Source: a virus
IMG/VR virus record: IMGVR_UViG_3300017727_001923
Location: 33,406 to 97,405 of that record
Direction: 5' to 3' (one strand)
Length of the DNA: 64,000 nucleotides
Translations under genes and position numbers: made by a program
The notes under the pieces: generated by a model
The model's database searches: none
Told to the model about the DNA's origin: nothing
What the model saw: the letters and a program-made list of their open reading frames with translations, nothing else
Shown: positions 16,997 through 26,272 of the stretch, one piece after another
Layout: each line of letters begins with the position of its first letter
Numbering within the stretch: position 1 is the stretch's first letter

Positions 16997-17737
16997 ATGA
17001 ATCTTCTGGCGAAGGCAAACGAATATATTGTAGGAAATAGTGGATACGGAATCATAGGTCTGTTCTACATAAGTCTTGTAGTTGTCGGATATGATTTAGC
17101 AATCAATCAGAACTGGTCATTATTATGGTGGTATCCAATAGGAACTGTCATAATGTTAATACTCAGTTCTGCATTCTATCACCGTGCAATCGCACACCCA
17201 ACATGGAAATGTCCAAACTGGTTGAGATATCCTTTAACGTTTATCTCTACTGGTCTTGGATTAGGTGCAGTAATCCCTTGGGTCGCAACCCATAGACAAC
17301 ACCATTATCATTCAGAAGAAGAAGGTGACCCACATGGGCCTCAGTATTCTCTTCTACACAATCTGAATATATATCTTACTAAACCAAACTTTATGTATGT
17401 CAGAGACATACTGAGAGACCCTCTATATGTTGCACAACTAAAATACTTTTGGTTATGGGCAGCAATTACTATTGGTCTCTTTAGTGCAATGTTTGGATTT
17501 GTTGAATGGGCATTCGTATATGTTACCATGATTGTACACCAAGTATTCTTGTTGTATGTTGGTCATATCAGATGGATTCCACAGAATGGATGGAAAGGAC
17601 ATTTCCTTGGACTCATTTATTCACCTGAAATCTATCATCTAAAGCATCATGATAAACCCATGAACGCTAGACTTGGTAAAGTTGATTTACCCTATTTGTT
17701 ATTAATTAAGTGGTTCAAACACAATGGTGTTAAATAG
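16997..17737 (+). CDS. membrane fatty acid desaturase (delta-9/DesC-like)
   Basis: Three His boxes HRAIAH, HRQHH, HLKHH; GDPHGP; transmembrane segments. Confidence 0.85.
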   Translation: MNLLAKANEYIVGNSGYGIIGLFYISLVVVGYDLAINQNWSLLWWYPIGTVIMLILSSAFYHRAIAHPTWKCPNWLRYPLTFISTGLGLGAVIPWVATHRQHHYHSEEEGDPHGPQYSLLHNLNIYLTKPNFMYVRDILRDPLYVAQLKYFWLWAAITIGLFSAMFGFVEWAFVYVTMIVHQVFLLYVGHIRWIPQNGWKGHFLGLIYSPEIYHLKHHDKPMNARLGKVDLPYLLLIKWFKHNGVK

Positions 17738-18704
17738 AAATCTAATTCATTCCGACTTTATATTATACCCACATAGAATAAAACGAGAAAAGTTCTTTGA
17801 GGAGATTGACCGTGCAAAGAACTATCTATCAACACGATTCTCTAAGGGTGACCATATAACGATTGGATATACCAGTAATGACATAAAAGGTCTTGCGTTT
17901 ATATTCGCATCTTTTGAACTGGGTATCGCAGTAAAAGTAATGAGTGAACCATTCTTCTGTGGCCCTGAGTTTGACCCAAAACGTTTTGAACATCTATTGA
18001 CATTGATGAAAGACTATGATACAATAGACGGACGTTGGATACTTGATGGTATGGTCAACGATAGAGATGACCCTATACTAGGTGGACGTGCTACAAAAAG
18101 AGATGTCTTTGGTAGTTCATTCCAAAAGTTAATAAATGAACTGGGTGTCCCAAACTATTATATGGGAGATTATAAGTCTTCTTCAACAAACGTGATTGAT
18201 GTTGATGTGAGACCAACAGATAACGCAACATCTTATTTTGAAGGTGGAGATTGGTTATCAGTTCCCCCAGTAAAATTTAAATCACATGAATATATATTAG
18301 ACCAAGTTAATAAACAACACATATGTTTTGAAAACAAGGTTGTTGGATTAACAAAAAACATACATCATGATAATGCATTGGAAAGATTAATACTACCCGC
18401 AATGATGCAGAGTGGTAACCTTGTTGACTTCCAGATTCCTGAACCAGACTTTGGTGGATTCTTTGTTACAAATGACAAGATAAGTGCTGAACAAATGTTT
18501 GAATATATTATGATATATGGAAATAAACTTATTGATGCATTTAAAATTGATATTATTATGTCACCAACAGACGATACATTATTTAAATTTCTTAATCACA
18601 GAGATAAAGACTTTGATAAAACACTAGAAGTTATACTTCATGATGAAATTACCGATGAACACAGAAAATGGGAATCTAAGATGGATATTAAATTTCTGAT
18701 ATAA
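17724..18704 (+). CDS. degenerate ANL/AMP-binding-family protein (paralog of 26250-27485)
   Basis: Shares KGD.ITIG, IFA..ELG, SH, N(I/L)HH, LPA(M/L)M with 26250; lacks the TSGTT loop. Confidence 0.55.
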   Translation: MVLNRNLIHSDFILYPHRIKREKFFEEIDRAKNYLSTRFSKGDHITIGYTSNDIKGLAFIFASFELGIAVKVMSEPFFCGPEFDPKRFEHLLTLMKDYDTIDGRWILDGMVNDRDDPILGGRATKRDVFGSSFQKLINELGVPNYYMGDYKSSSTNVIDVDVRPTDNATSYFEGGDWLSVPPVKFKSHEYILDQVNKQHICFENKVVGLTKNIHHDNALERLILPAMMQSGNLVDFQIPEPDFGGFFVTNDKISAEQMFEYIMIYGNKLIDAFKIDIIMSPTDDTLFKFLNHRDKDFDKTLEVILHDEITDEHRKWESKMDIKFLI

Positions 18705-18708
18705 CTTA

Positions 18709-18716
18709 TATACATA
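18709..18716 (+). promoter_or_regulatory. late promoter variant, 5 nt upstream of ATG
   Basis: TATACATA-CCTAT-ATG(18722). Confidence 0.55.
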
Positions 18717-18721
18717 CCTAT

Positions 18722-19090
18722 ATGATGAAACTTACAAAAGATAACCTTACGATATACGCTGCTCAGCATTATCATAATCCACGTTGTATTGACTCAGAAG
18801 AATTCTTCGAAGATTTAAAGAAATTCAAATACATTAAAAGGTTACTCAATAGGTATCGTGATACAGATATCCTGTCCGAACGACTTATACTAAATCATCT
18901 CATTGTAATATTCAATGTGTTTGGTTTTGAAGCGGGACTTAACATCTTAGAACTCAAGATAGAACTTGAACATTGGGGAGTTTTAAAACCCTTCCTAATA
19001 TTCCTCAAGGCAATCAAGAATACTGAATACACCAACATTGAAATGGATGCAAAAGTAGTTGAGGCACTAAGAAAAATAGCACGAGAATAA
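18722..19090 (+). CDS. conserved T4-like hypothetical protein
   Basis: YAAQHYHNP...EEFFEDLKKFKYIKRLL...ERLILNHLIV, recalled from large T4-like phages. Confidence 0.7.
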   Translation: MMKLTKDNLTIYAAQHYHNPRCIDSEEFFEDLKKFKYIKRLLNRYRDTDILSERLILNHLIVIFNVFGFEAGLNILELKIELEHWGVLKPFLIFLKAIKNTEYTNIEMDAKVVEALRKIARE

Positions 19091-19542
19091 TGGAACAACA
19101 AATTGACCGATGTGGTGATTGTCATTCCTGTTGTAAATCCTTTGGGGGGATTGATAATCAAATAAAATTAATTGAGTTAGACATTCAATACGAATGGGAC
19201 AGATGTAGTAAACTCTGTGATAACAATCGATGCACCATATATAATAAAAGACCACAAACATGCAGTGATTTCGAATGTCTCTATGTAGAGTCAGACTTAC
19301 CTGAAGAATATCTTCCTGATAAAATAGGGTTTGTTACCGAGATGCGAATAGATGCAGAAGGTCATTTTTTAAATATCGTTCCTAATCAATCTGCAAAATC
19401 TGGTGTAACTCCCGAAGAATTTTGGGAAAACAATTACAAAAATATCCATGTTATGATAACAACAGCGGAAGAAGTATGGTCGATACGAGTCCATACAATC
19501 AATATATCAACTGCATCTGGGTCACAGGATTTCAATGTCTAA
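19090..19542 (+). CDS. YkgJ-like cysteine-cluster protein
   Basis: CGDCHSCC...CSKL...CTIYNKRPQTC..FEC. Confidence 0.75.
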   Translation: MEQQIDRCGDCHSCCKSFGGIDNQIKLIELDIQYEWDRCSKLCDNNRCTIYNKRPQTCSDFECLYVESDLPEEYLPDKIGFVTEMRIDAEGHFLNIVPNQSAKSGVTPEEFWENNYKNIHVMITTAEEVWSIRVHTINISTASGSQDFNV

Positions 19543-19993
19543 TATAATTCCTACAGAATCTAAGTGTGGTGACTGTACTGTTTGTTGTGAAATCATGGGT
19601 TATACTGGTCTATGGAAGAGTGCAGACAGATATAATGAAGCAGAATTTTATGGTGTAGATTACGGTGCATGGAGTACTTGTAATAAACTATGCGATACAG
19701 GTTGTTCTATTCAAGCGGACAAACCAAAAATATGTGACGAATTCTTTTGTTCTTACGTAGAACATGACCTAGAAAGCATATATAGACCAAAGGACTTTGG
19801 TTTTGTTGCACATGTACAGAAGTGGGATGGTCGAGTTGGTATCCTATCCATGGATAAAACATTACCACCAGAGATTCAATACAACAACAATAAAAGAAGA
19901 CTAGATGACTTAATAGAAGAAATACTGGTAAGTGAAGGTAGACGCTTATCGGTGGATTTACATACCAAACAGGGAACAATACAACTACGATGA
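19535..19993 (+). CDS. YkgJ-like cysteine-cluster protein (paralog)
   Basis: CGDCTVCC...CNKL...CSIQADKPKIC..FFC. Confidence 0.75.
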   Translation: MSNIIPTESKCGDCTVCCEIMGYTGLWKSADRYNEAEFYGVDYGAWSTCNKLCDTGCSIQADKPKICDEFFCSYVEHDLESIYRPKDFGFVAHVQKWDGRVGILSMDKTLPPEIQYNNNKRRLDDLIEEILVSEGRRLSVDLHTKQGTIQLR

Positions 19994-21390
19994 AATATTT
20001 TATATGCAAAGACTCAAGTAAGTTTAAAAAACATGAGTACACACAGTTCGGTCAATGGTGTTATTACCATGACGAACTGGTGAATGTCTGGAAAGGGCCA
20101 GACTATATTGTCATATATTCTGGTTACCTTATTGAAGGTGACATCGAAGACGCATGTGAACGTTGGAGTTTCAATGAAGAGAATGGAAACTTCTTTGCAA
20201 TCAAATTGACCTCAGATAGATTTGAGATTGCGGTTGATTACTTCCAAAATCATAAAGTGTTTGTTGGACGTAGGTATGGAACAGAAATTAGTAATTACAT
20301 TCCGTTCATGACGATTGAGAAAGAAGACATTCGATATAGTTATCTTGAATATGGTCAAGCAGACCCACAGAAACGTGAGTTCAAACCTTTTGAAAACTCC
20401 ACCTTTTATAGACACATCAATTCATATATTCCAGATTATGATTATGTGGGTGATTGTAAGAAAGCACTTGAAGAAGAGAAGTGGACTGATACTAATGCAC
20501 TTGCAGATTATATCCATGAATGTATGGAACAACATTCAAATCTAATTAAGTCTCGTTATAAGAACAGGTTTATCTCTCTCAGTGAGGGAATAGATTCTGC
20601 ACTCCAATCACAATACTTCTATGATGACCCACAACACATCTATAATATGATGCCGTGTCATGCGGGAGATGAGGGACTCAAGTGGAAAATGATTGCCGCA
20701 AAGAATTTCCCCGATGTGACACATGACGTGTGGGACAGTAATTTATCGATACAACATACTAAAGATTATATGAAAGATAGTAGTACAAGATGGGGTTCTA
20801 TCTTACCTACGATGAAGATGGTTGCAGACTGTAAAGTAAAACCTGATATTGTTATGTATGGAGTTAACGGAGATGAAATGTTCTTCCGTGATTTGATTCC
20901 ACATCTACACATGTTAATGGTAGAACATAAGGATGAAAGATATCTAGAAGCTGCAATTCAAAATATTATTGATGAGAAGACGCATCATTATGGTGCATCC
21001 TATACACTGGGTACACATAAGACTACACAAACCTATCTAGACGAATGGTTCAAGGAGTGGATTGTTGAGGACATAGACTGGGAGAATGCAGAGTACAATA
21101 TGTTAAAACTTTTGACTCCAAAACTTTATAGTCGTAGTATCAGTGTAAATAATGATGTACTTACTGCATCTCTATATAATGACAGAAGGATATATCATGA
21201 AGTGTTTAAGACACCCAAGTCATTCCTTCTGGGTGATTCTATGGACTCACCTATACAAAGAGAGTTGTTAAAAAGATTTGATTATGACTTTCAGACACCA
21301 CATAAAGATGTATTATATGCGGTATATGAACCAATACTTTTAACCATTTTTGATGCAACTGTTGGACGAGATATATCACAACATATCTAA
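19990..21390 (+). CDS. asparagine synthetase-like PP-loop ATPase
   Basis: ISLSEGIDSAL (SGGxDS-like), GVNGDEMF; no N-terminal Cys. Confidence 0.65.
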   Translation: MKYFICKDSSKFKKHEYTQFGQWCYYHDELVNVWKGPDYIVIYSGYLIEGDIEDACERWSFNEENGNFFAIKLTSDRFEIAVDYFQNHKVFVGRRYGTEISNYIPFMTIEKEDIRYSYLEYGQADPQKREFKPFENSTFYRHINSYIPDYDYVGDCKKALEEEKWTDTNALADYIHECMEQHSNLIKSRYKNRFISLSEGIDSALQSQYFYDDPQHIYNMMPCHAGDEGLKWKMIAAKNFPDVTHDVWDSNLSIQHTKDYMKDSSTRWGSILPTMKMVADCKVKPDIVMYGVNGDEMFFRDLIPHLHMLMVEHKDERYLEAAIQNIIDEKTHHYGASYTLGTHKTTQTYLDEWFKEWIVEDIDWENAEYNMLKLLTPKLYSRSISVNNDVLTASLYNDRRIYHEVFKTPKSFLLGDSMDSPIQRELLKRFDYDFQTPHKDVLYAVYEPILLTIFDATVGRDISQHI

Positions 21391-21408
21391 TTTAAAAGTT
21401 TTTTAGAG

Positions 21409-21416
21409 TATAAATA
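21409..21416 (+). promoter_or_regulatory. T4-type late promoter, 5 nt upstream of ATG
   Basis: TATAAATA-GAACT-ATG(21422). Confidence 0.8.
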
Positions 21417-21421
21417 GAACT

Positions 21422-22015
21422 ATGGGATTATTAAAAACAGCAGCAGACTTAGTATACACGATTCGATTCTTGAAACTATTGGTTACTCCAATTGAGAAAA
21501 CCAAAGCATTCGAGGCGGGTATTATTGATGAGACTGGTAAGAAACGTAAGGACTTCAATACGAATAGTACTGATGACCGTGAAGCATATCGTTCTCATTA
21601 CACACCCTTCCATCGTCTTGTGTTCAATCTTAAAAAGATTATGGCAAAAGCGCCAGGCGGTACATCCATAGTCGCAAGATATGGTGCTGCTCTTGCCCTT
21701 ATTAAAGAACACGGTGAATTAAAAGATTCACATATTATGGACATACATGCAGAAACAGGGATTGATATCCTTGATGTTCTTGCAGAAAACTCGCAGTGGT
21801 TTGTCTTAAATGATAAACAATTGTCGCCTGGCATTTATCGTATCAAACATGATACCATGAATGGTCTATGTGAAGATGTCCATAAAAATGATAAAATACG
21901 AGTAGAAGAAGATGCATATCCATTTGAAGAGATTTTAGGTATCGACATCTATAAAGGAATACACCTTGCAACAATGAGTGAAGTGTATTTTACAACTGGG
22001 GAGTTAACCAGATGA
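21422..22015 (+). CDS. conserved T4-like late hypothetical protein
   Basis: 197 aa; DLVYTIRFLKLL.TP.EK..AF..GIIDE.GK. Confidence 0.7.
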   Translation: MGLLKTAADLVYTIRFLKLLVTPIEKTKAFEAGIIDETGKKRKDFNTNSTDDREAYRSHYTPFHRLVFNLKKIMAKAPGGTSIVARYGAALALIKEHGELKDSHIMDIHAETGIDILDVLAENSQWFVLNDKQLSPGIYRIKHDTMNGLCEDVHKNDKIRVEEDAYPFEEILGIDIYKGIHLATMSEVYFTTGELTR

Positions 22016-22173
22016 AGAAATTCAGAGATTTCGAAGAGGACATGACAACCAGTGCCGTTGCGGGTGCTGGCGATGATAGTACGACTGTCCCTGTCCATTT
22101 GAAAAAGAAGAAGAAGAAGAAACCAGAAGTACTTTCTAGGTTTAAAGAAATGAGAAAACGTTGGAGTAAATAA
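22012..22173 (+). CDS. small basic protein with CTS-like N-terminus (53 aa, not in ORF track)
   Basis: MKKFRDFEEDMTTSAVAG...LKKKKKKKP; ATGA and TAATG overlaps on both sides. Confidence 0.7.
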   Translation: MKKFRDFEEDMTTSAVAGAGDDSTTVPVHLKKKKKKKPEVLSRFKEMRKRWSK

Positions 22174-22634
22174 TGCTAAGTGGATTATTAGGTAGTGTGC
22201 TAGGTTTTGGGGGTTCAGTTGTACCCGCAATCACAGACCACTTTAAACAAAAGTCAAACAACAAATTTGAATTAGAAAAGATGGAAAAGATGGCAGAACT
22301 CCGTGCAAAGGGTTATGACCATGAAATCAAAATGTATGAACAGATGGGTGCTGATAAAGAGCATGACCGACTGATTCAACATGACATCTCAATCAACCAA
22401 GGTACTGGTATTATTGCGGGTCTACAGAAGTCTGTACGTCCTGTAATCACATACTGTTTCTTTGGATTATTTTGTGCAATCGAAGTCGCTCTTTTGAGGG
22501 AAGCACTTAACAGTGGATTACCTCTTGCAGAGTCTTTAGGTCTTCTTTGGGATGGTGACACCAAGGCAATTTTTGCTGCAATTATTTCGTTCTGGTTCGG
22601 TTCTAGAGCAATCGATAAAAGACTTCAGAAATAA
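22173..22634 (+). CDS. holin-like membrane protein (3TM holin family)
   Basis: VRPVITY; FAAIISFWFGSRAIDK C-terminus. Confidence 0.65.
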   Translation: MLSGLLGSVLGFGGSVVPAITDHFKQKSNNKFELEKMEKMAELRAKGYDHEIKMYEQMGADKEHDRLIQHDISINQGTGIIAGLQKSVRPVITYCFFGLFCAIEVALLREALNSGLPLAESLGLLWDGDTKAIFAAIISFWFGSRAIDKRLQK

Positions 22635-22635
22635 C

Positions 22636-22664
22636 TTGACATTTTACCCTTAATTGGGTATAAT
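22636..22664 (+). promoter_or_regulatory. sigma70-type early promoter for nrdAB
   Basis: TTGACA-17-TATAAT. Confidence 0.85.
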
Positions 22665-22737
22665 ACAATAACTGAAAAAACTCAGGGGTATATATAATAT
22701 TACCCCCTGAAAAACTATACTCTATGGAAAAGTAAAA

Positions 22738-24726
22738 ATGCCCGTCAAACTTGATAAAAAGAAAGATGCCCTACTGGAAGAATATGCAGTAGGAATGTTA
22801 AAAGATTTTTACTTACGTGATTATGAAAAGAGTCCTCAAGAAGGATTCAGACGAGCAGCAGAAGCTTGGTCTAAGTATAGAGAAGAAATGGACGATGAAC
22901 TCGCCCAACGTCTCTATGATTATGTAAGTAATAAATGGTTTATGTTCGCCTCCCCTGTGCTATCTAATGCACCCAATGGAGAAACTAAGAAAGATAAAGG
23001 GATGCCAATCTCTTGTTTCTTGACCTATGTACCAGATACCCTCGAAGGATTAATCGGTCACTCATCTGAGTTGAGATGGTTGTCTGTCTATGGTGGTGGT
23101 GTAGGTGGTCATTGGTCAGATGTAAGAACCGTATCAGACATAGCGCCTGGCCCGATTCCGTTCCTACATACTGTTGATGCAGATATGATTGCATACCGTC
23201 AAGGTAAAACTCGTAAGGGTTCTTATGCCGCATACATGGATATATCACATCCTGATATTGTAGAATTCATGAACATGCGTATACCTACAGGTGACGTACA
23301 ACGTAAAGCATTAAACTTACACAATGCAATCAATATCTCAGATGAGTTTATGAATGCGGTAATGTCTAATGATACGTTTGACCTACGTGACCCTAAAGAC
23401 GGAACAGTTAAAGAATCTATTGATGCACGTAAATTATGGGAACGTCTAATAGAGATTCGTTTCCGTACAGGTGAACCTTACCTAAACTTTATTGATAACG
23501 CAAATGCGGGTCTACCAGAACCTCTTAAAGAAAAGGGGTTAAAGATACATGGGTCTAACCTATGTAATGAAATACATTTACCGACATCCGAAGACAGGAC
23601 TGCGGTATGTTGTTTGTCCTCATTAAATTTGGAGTATTATGATGACTGGAAAGATACGACAATCGTTCGTGATATTACTAGGATGCTTGACAATGTCTTG
23701 CAGTACTTTATTGAAAACGCCCCCGATACAATATCAAGAGCAAAGTATTCCGCAGAAAGAGAGAGAAGTATTGGAATCGGAGCAATGGGATTCCATTCCC
23801 TCTTGCAACGACACGGAGTTGCATGGGAGTCTGAAGCTGCAAGAGATATTAACCGCACAGTGTTTGCTCACATTAAATCAGAAGCAGTACTGGAAACTGA
23901 ACTGCTCGCAGAAGAACGTGGTGCATATCCAGATGGGGAACTGTCTGGAAGAAGAAACTCCCATCTTCTTGCGATTGCTCCAAATGCCTCGTCTGGTGTA
24001 ATTTTAGCGACAAGTCCATCTATTGAACCATTGAAGGCAAATGCATATACACATCGTACACGTGCGGGTTCATTTCTTGTAAAGAATAAATACCTCGGCA
24101 GATTACTAGATGAAAAAGGTGAGAACAATGAATCTACTTGGACATCTATTATAACTAAAAAAGGTTCGGTACAACACTTACCATTCCTTAATGAAGGTGA
24201 AAAGGCAATCTATAGGACTGCGGATGAACTTGACCAGACATGGATTATTACCCATGCATCTGAACGTCAAGAATATATCTGTCAAGGTCAGTCAGTAAAT
24301 TTATTTTTCCCTACTGGTTGTGAAAAGTCTTATGTAAACAAGGTGCATCTAAAAGCATGGAGTGACGGACTCAAAGGTTTATATTACCTAAGAACTGAGT
24401 CTAAACAACGTGCAGAGAATGTATCTGAAAAAGTAGAACGTGTTGCACTTGCGGGTGATACCCGTAGTATAGTCTATAGTAAAGCAGATTGTCCTTTTTG
24501 TTCTATGGCAATGGAAGAACTAAAACTAAGAGGAATACCTTATGACAAGATTGACCTCAAGGATATTGGTAAGACTGCCGCAGAAGTAACAGGACGTAAA
24601 GTAAAAACAGTACCACAAATTTACATCGAAGGTGAATATGTCGGTGGGTACGAAGAATTGATGGAATATTTAAACAAACCAATAGAAACAAACGAAGACG
24701 ATGAATGTCGTGCTTGCGAGGGATAA
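22738..24726 (+). CDS. nrdA: class Ia ribonucleotide reductase alpha subunit with inserted glutaredoxin domain
   Basis: ASPVLSN, ISCF, SNLCNE, CCLSSLN, APNASS, GLYYLR; Grx CPFC...TVPQIYI..EYVGGY; terminal CRAC; no ATP cone. Confidence 0.95.
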   Translation: MPVKLDKKKDALLEEYAVGMLKDFYLRDYEKSPQEGFRRAAEAWSKYREEMDDELAQRLYDYVSNKWFMFASPVLSNAPNGETKKDKGMPISCFLTYVPDTLEGLIGHSSELRWLSVYGGGVGGHWSDVRTVSDIAPGPIPFLHTVDADMIAYRQGKTRKGSYAAYMDISHPDIVEFMNMRIPTGDVQRKALNLHNAINISDEFMNAVMSNDTFDLRDPKDGTVKESIDARKLWERLIEIRFRTGEPYLNFIDNANAGLPEPLKEKGLKIHGSNLCNEIHLPTSEDRTAVCCLSSLNLEYYDDWKDTTIVRDITRMLDNVLQYFIENAPDTISRAKYSAERERSIGIGAMGFHSLLQRHGVAWESEAARDINRTVFAHIKSEAVLETELLAEERGAYPDGELSGRRNSHLLAIAPNASSGVILATSPSIEPLKANAYTHRTRAGSFLVKNKYLGRLLDEKGENNESTWTSIITKKGSVQHLPFLNEGEKAIYRTADELDQTWIITHASERQEYICQGQSVNLFFPTGCEKSYVNKVHLKAWSDGLKGLYYLRTESKQRAENVSEKVERVALAGDTRSIVYSKADCPFCSMAMEELKLRGIPYDKIDLKDIGKTAAEVTGRKVKTVPQIYIEGEYVGGYEELMEYLNKPIETNEDDECRACEG

Positions 24727-24729
24727 CAA

Positions 24730-25731
24730 ATGGCATTATTAGAATTTAGCAAAACATATAAACCTTTCCTCTACCCTTGGGCGGTGGAATTAACAAAGAA
24801 ACATGAAGAAGTTCATTGGGTCGAAGATGAAGCGGAACTATCCGAAGACATCCAAGACTGGAGAACAAAACTGTCTGGTGAAGAGAAGGAATTTATTACT
24901 CAAGTATTGAGATTGTTTACTCAATCAGATGTACAGGTGGGTGAGAACTACCATGAACTGTTAATCCCTAAGTTCAAGAACAACGAGATTCGTAACATGT
25001 TGTCTTCATTTGCAAACCGTGAAGGTGTACACCAACGTGCATATGCATTATTAAATGATACACTAGGATTACCAGACGAAGAACATTCTGCATTTATGGA
25101 ATACAAAGAGATGGCAGACAAGATTGACTTCATGTCTCAAGGTGACATTAACACCCAAACAGGTCTTGCACTTGTACTTGCACAATCTGTATTCAACGAA
25201 GGTATGTCTCTGTTCGCATCATTTGTAATGTTGTTGAACTTCCAACGTTTCGGTAAGATGAAAGGTATGGGTACTATTGTAGAGTGGTCTATCAGAGATG
25301 AGACTATTCACGTACAGGGTAATGCAAAACTCTTCAGAGAGTTCTGTGAAGAACATCCACGTATCGTCAACGATGAGTTGAAGTCTAAAATCTATCAGAT
25401 GGCACGTAATGCTGTTAAGTTAGAAGACCGATTCATTACACTTGCATATAAGTCTGGTGATATCGAAGGTTTATCTGAGGCAGATGTTAAACAATACATC
25501 CGTCACATTGCAGACCGTAGATTACTACAACTTGGTATGAAACCTAAGTTTGGTGTAAAGGACAATCCACTACCGTGGTTGGACTGGGTACTGAATGGTG
25601 CATCTCATGATAACTTCTTTGAAAAACGTGTGACTGAATATTCAGTTAACGGTATGGAAGGTGACTGGGGTTGGGTCGAAGAAGGTGACCCTGAAAGTTG
25701 TGGATTGGATGGAACTGGTTGTGCCGCCTAG
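24730..25731 (+). CDS. nrdB: ribonucleotide reductase beta subunit
   Basis: EGVHQRAY (iron ligands + radical Tyr), EGMSLF.SF, IRDETIH, NFFEKRVTEY. Confidence 0.95.
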   Translation: MALLEFSKTYKPFLYPWAVELTKKHEEVHWVEDEAELSEDIQDWRTKLSGEEKEFITQVLRLFTQSDVQVGENYHELLIPKFKNNEIRNMLSSFANREGVHQRAYALLNDTLGLPDEEHSAFMEYKEMADKIDFMSQGDINTQTGLALVLAQSVFNEGMSLFASFVMLLNFQRFGKMKGMGTIVEWSIRDETIHVQGNAKLFREFCEEHPRIVNDELKSKIYQMARNAVKLEDRFITLAYKSGDIEGLSEADVKQYIRHIADRRLLQLGMKPKFGVKDNPLPWLDWVLNGASHDNFFEKRVTEYSVNGMEGDWGWVEEGDPESCGLDGTGCAA

Positions 25732-25853
25732 TGGAAGACGACATAACCTACAATTTGGAATGTCATCTTTGTGAAACAGAAACGGAAGTACTCGTAAAGA
25801 ATTGCGAGGAAGAACCCCAATATTGTCCCATGTGTGGGGTAGCAATAGACTAG
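25731..25853 (+). CDS. small zinc-ribbon protein (40 aa, not in ORF track)
   Basis: GTG start overlapping the nrdB stop; CHLC...CPMCG. Confidence 0.65.
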   Translation: MEDDITYNLECHLCETETEVLVKNCEEEPQYCPMCGVAID

Positions 25854-25854
25854 T

Positions 25855-25862
25855 TATATATA
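25855..25862 (+). promoter_or_regulatory. late promoter variant, 5 nt upstream of ATG
   Basis: TATATATA-CTCGT-ATG(25868). Confidence 0.6.
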
Positions 25863-25867
25863 CTCGT

Positions 25868-26272
25868 ATGTGGATATACGAGAATAAAGAGTTTAACCCT
25901 GAAGAAGAATTCTTGGAGGAATACCAAGGATTCGTCTATTGCGTTACAGAAGTATCAACAGGTAAGAAGTATATTGGTAAGAAATTCTTCTGGAAACCTA
26001 AGATACTTCCTGTTACAAAAACAAGAAAAAGACGCAAAAGAACAAGGGTTCAATCGGACTGGCGGAACTACTATGGTTCGTCAGAAACAGTAAAAACACT
26101 CGTAGAAGGGGGTCAGGACTTCCAGAGAACCGTTCTAAGACTATGTCGTACTAAAGGTGAGTGTTCATACTACGAAGCGAAACTACAATTTGAATATGAT
26201 GTTTTGTTGAGTGATGAATACTATAATGAGTTTATAGGTTGTAAGATTCATGCAAAACATATTAAATCGTGA
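25868..26272 (+). CDS. GIY-YIG family nuclease
   Basis: GFVYC...KKYIGKK, SDWRNYYGS, YYEAKLQF. Confidence 0.75.
   Translation: MWIYENKEFNPEEEFLEEYQGFVYCVTEVSTGKKYIGKKFFWKPKILPVTKTRKRRKRTRVQSDWRNYYGSSETVKTLVEGGQDFQRTVLRLCRTKGECSYYEAKLQFEYDVLLSDEYYNEFIGCKIHAKHIKS

Noticed and set aside
22101-22124. (AAG)n microsatellite as a phase-variable tract
   Set aside because: In-frame triplet repeat encoding a poly-Lys patch; length change would not shift frame.
22680-22737. NrdR box upstream of nrdA
   Set aside because: No convincing match to the acaCwAtATaTwGtg consensus; inverted repeats reported separately.
22738-25731. Intron or intein in nrdA/nrdB
   Set aside because: Both ORFs are continuous and of expected length; the only insertion is a glutaredoxin domain.
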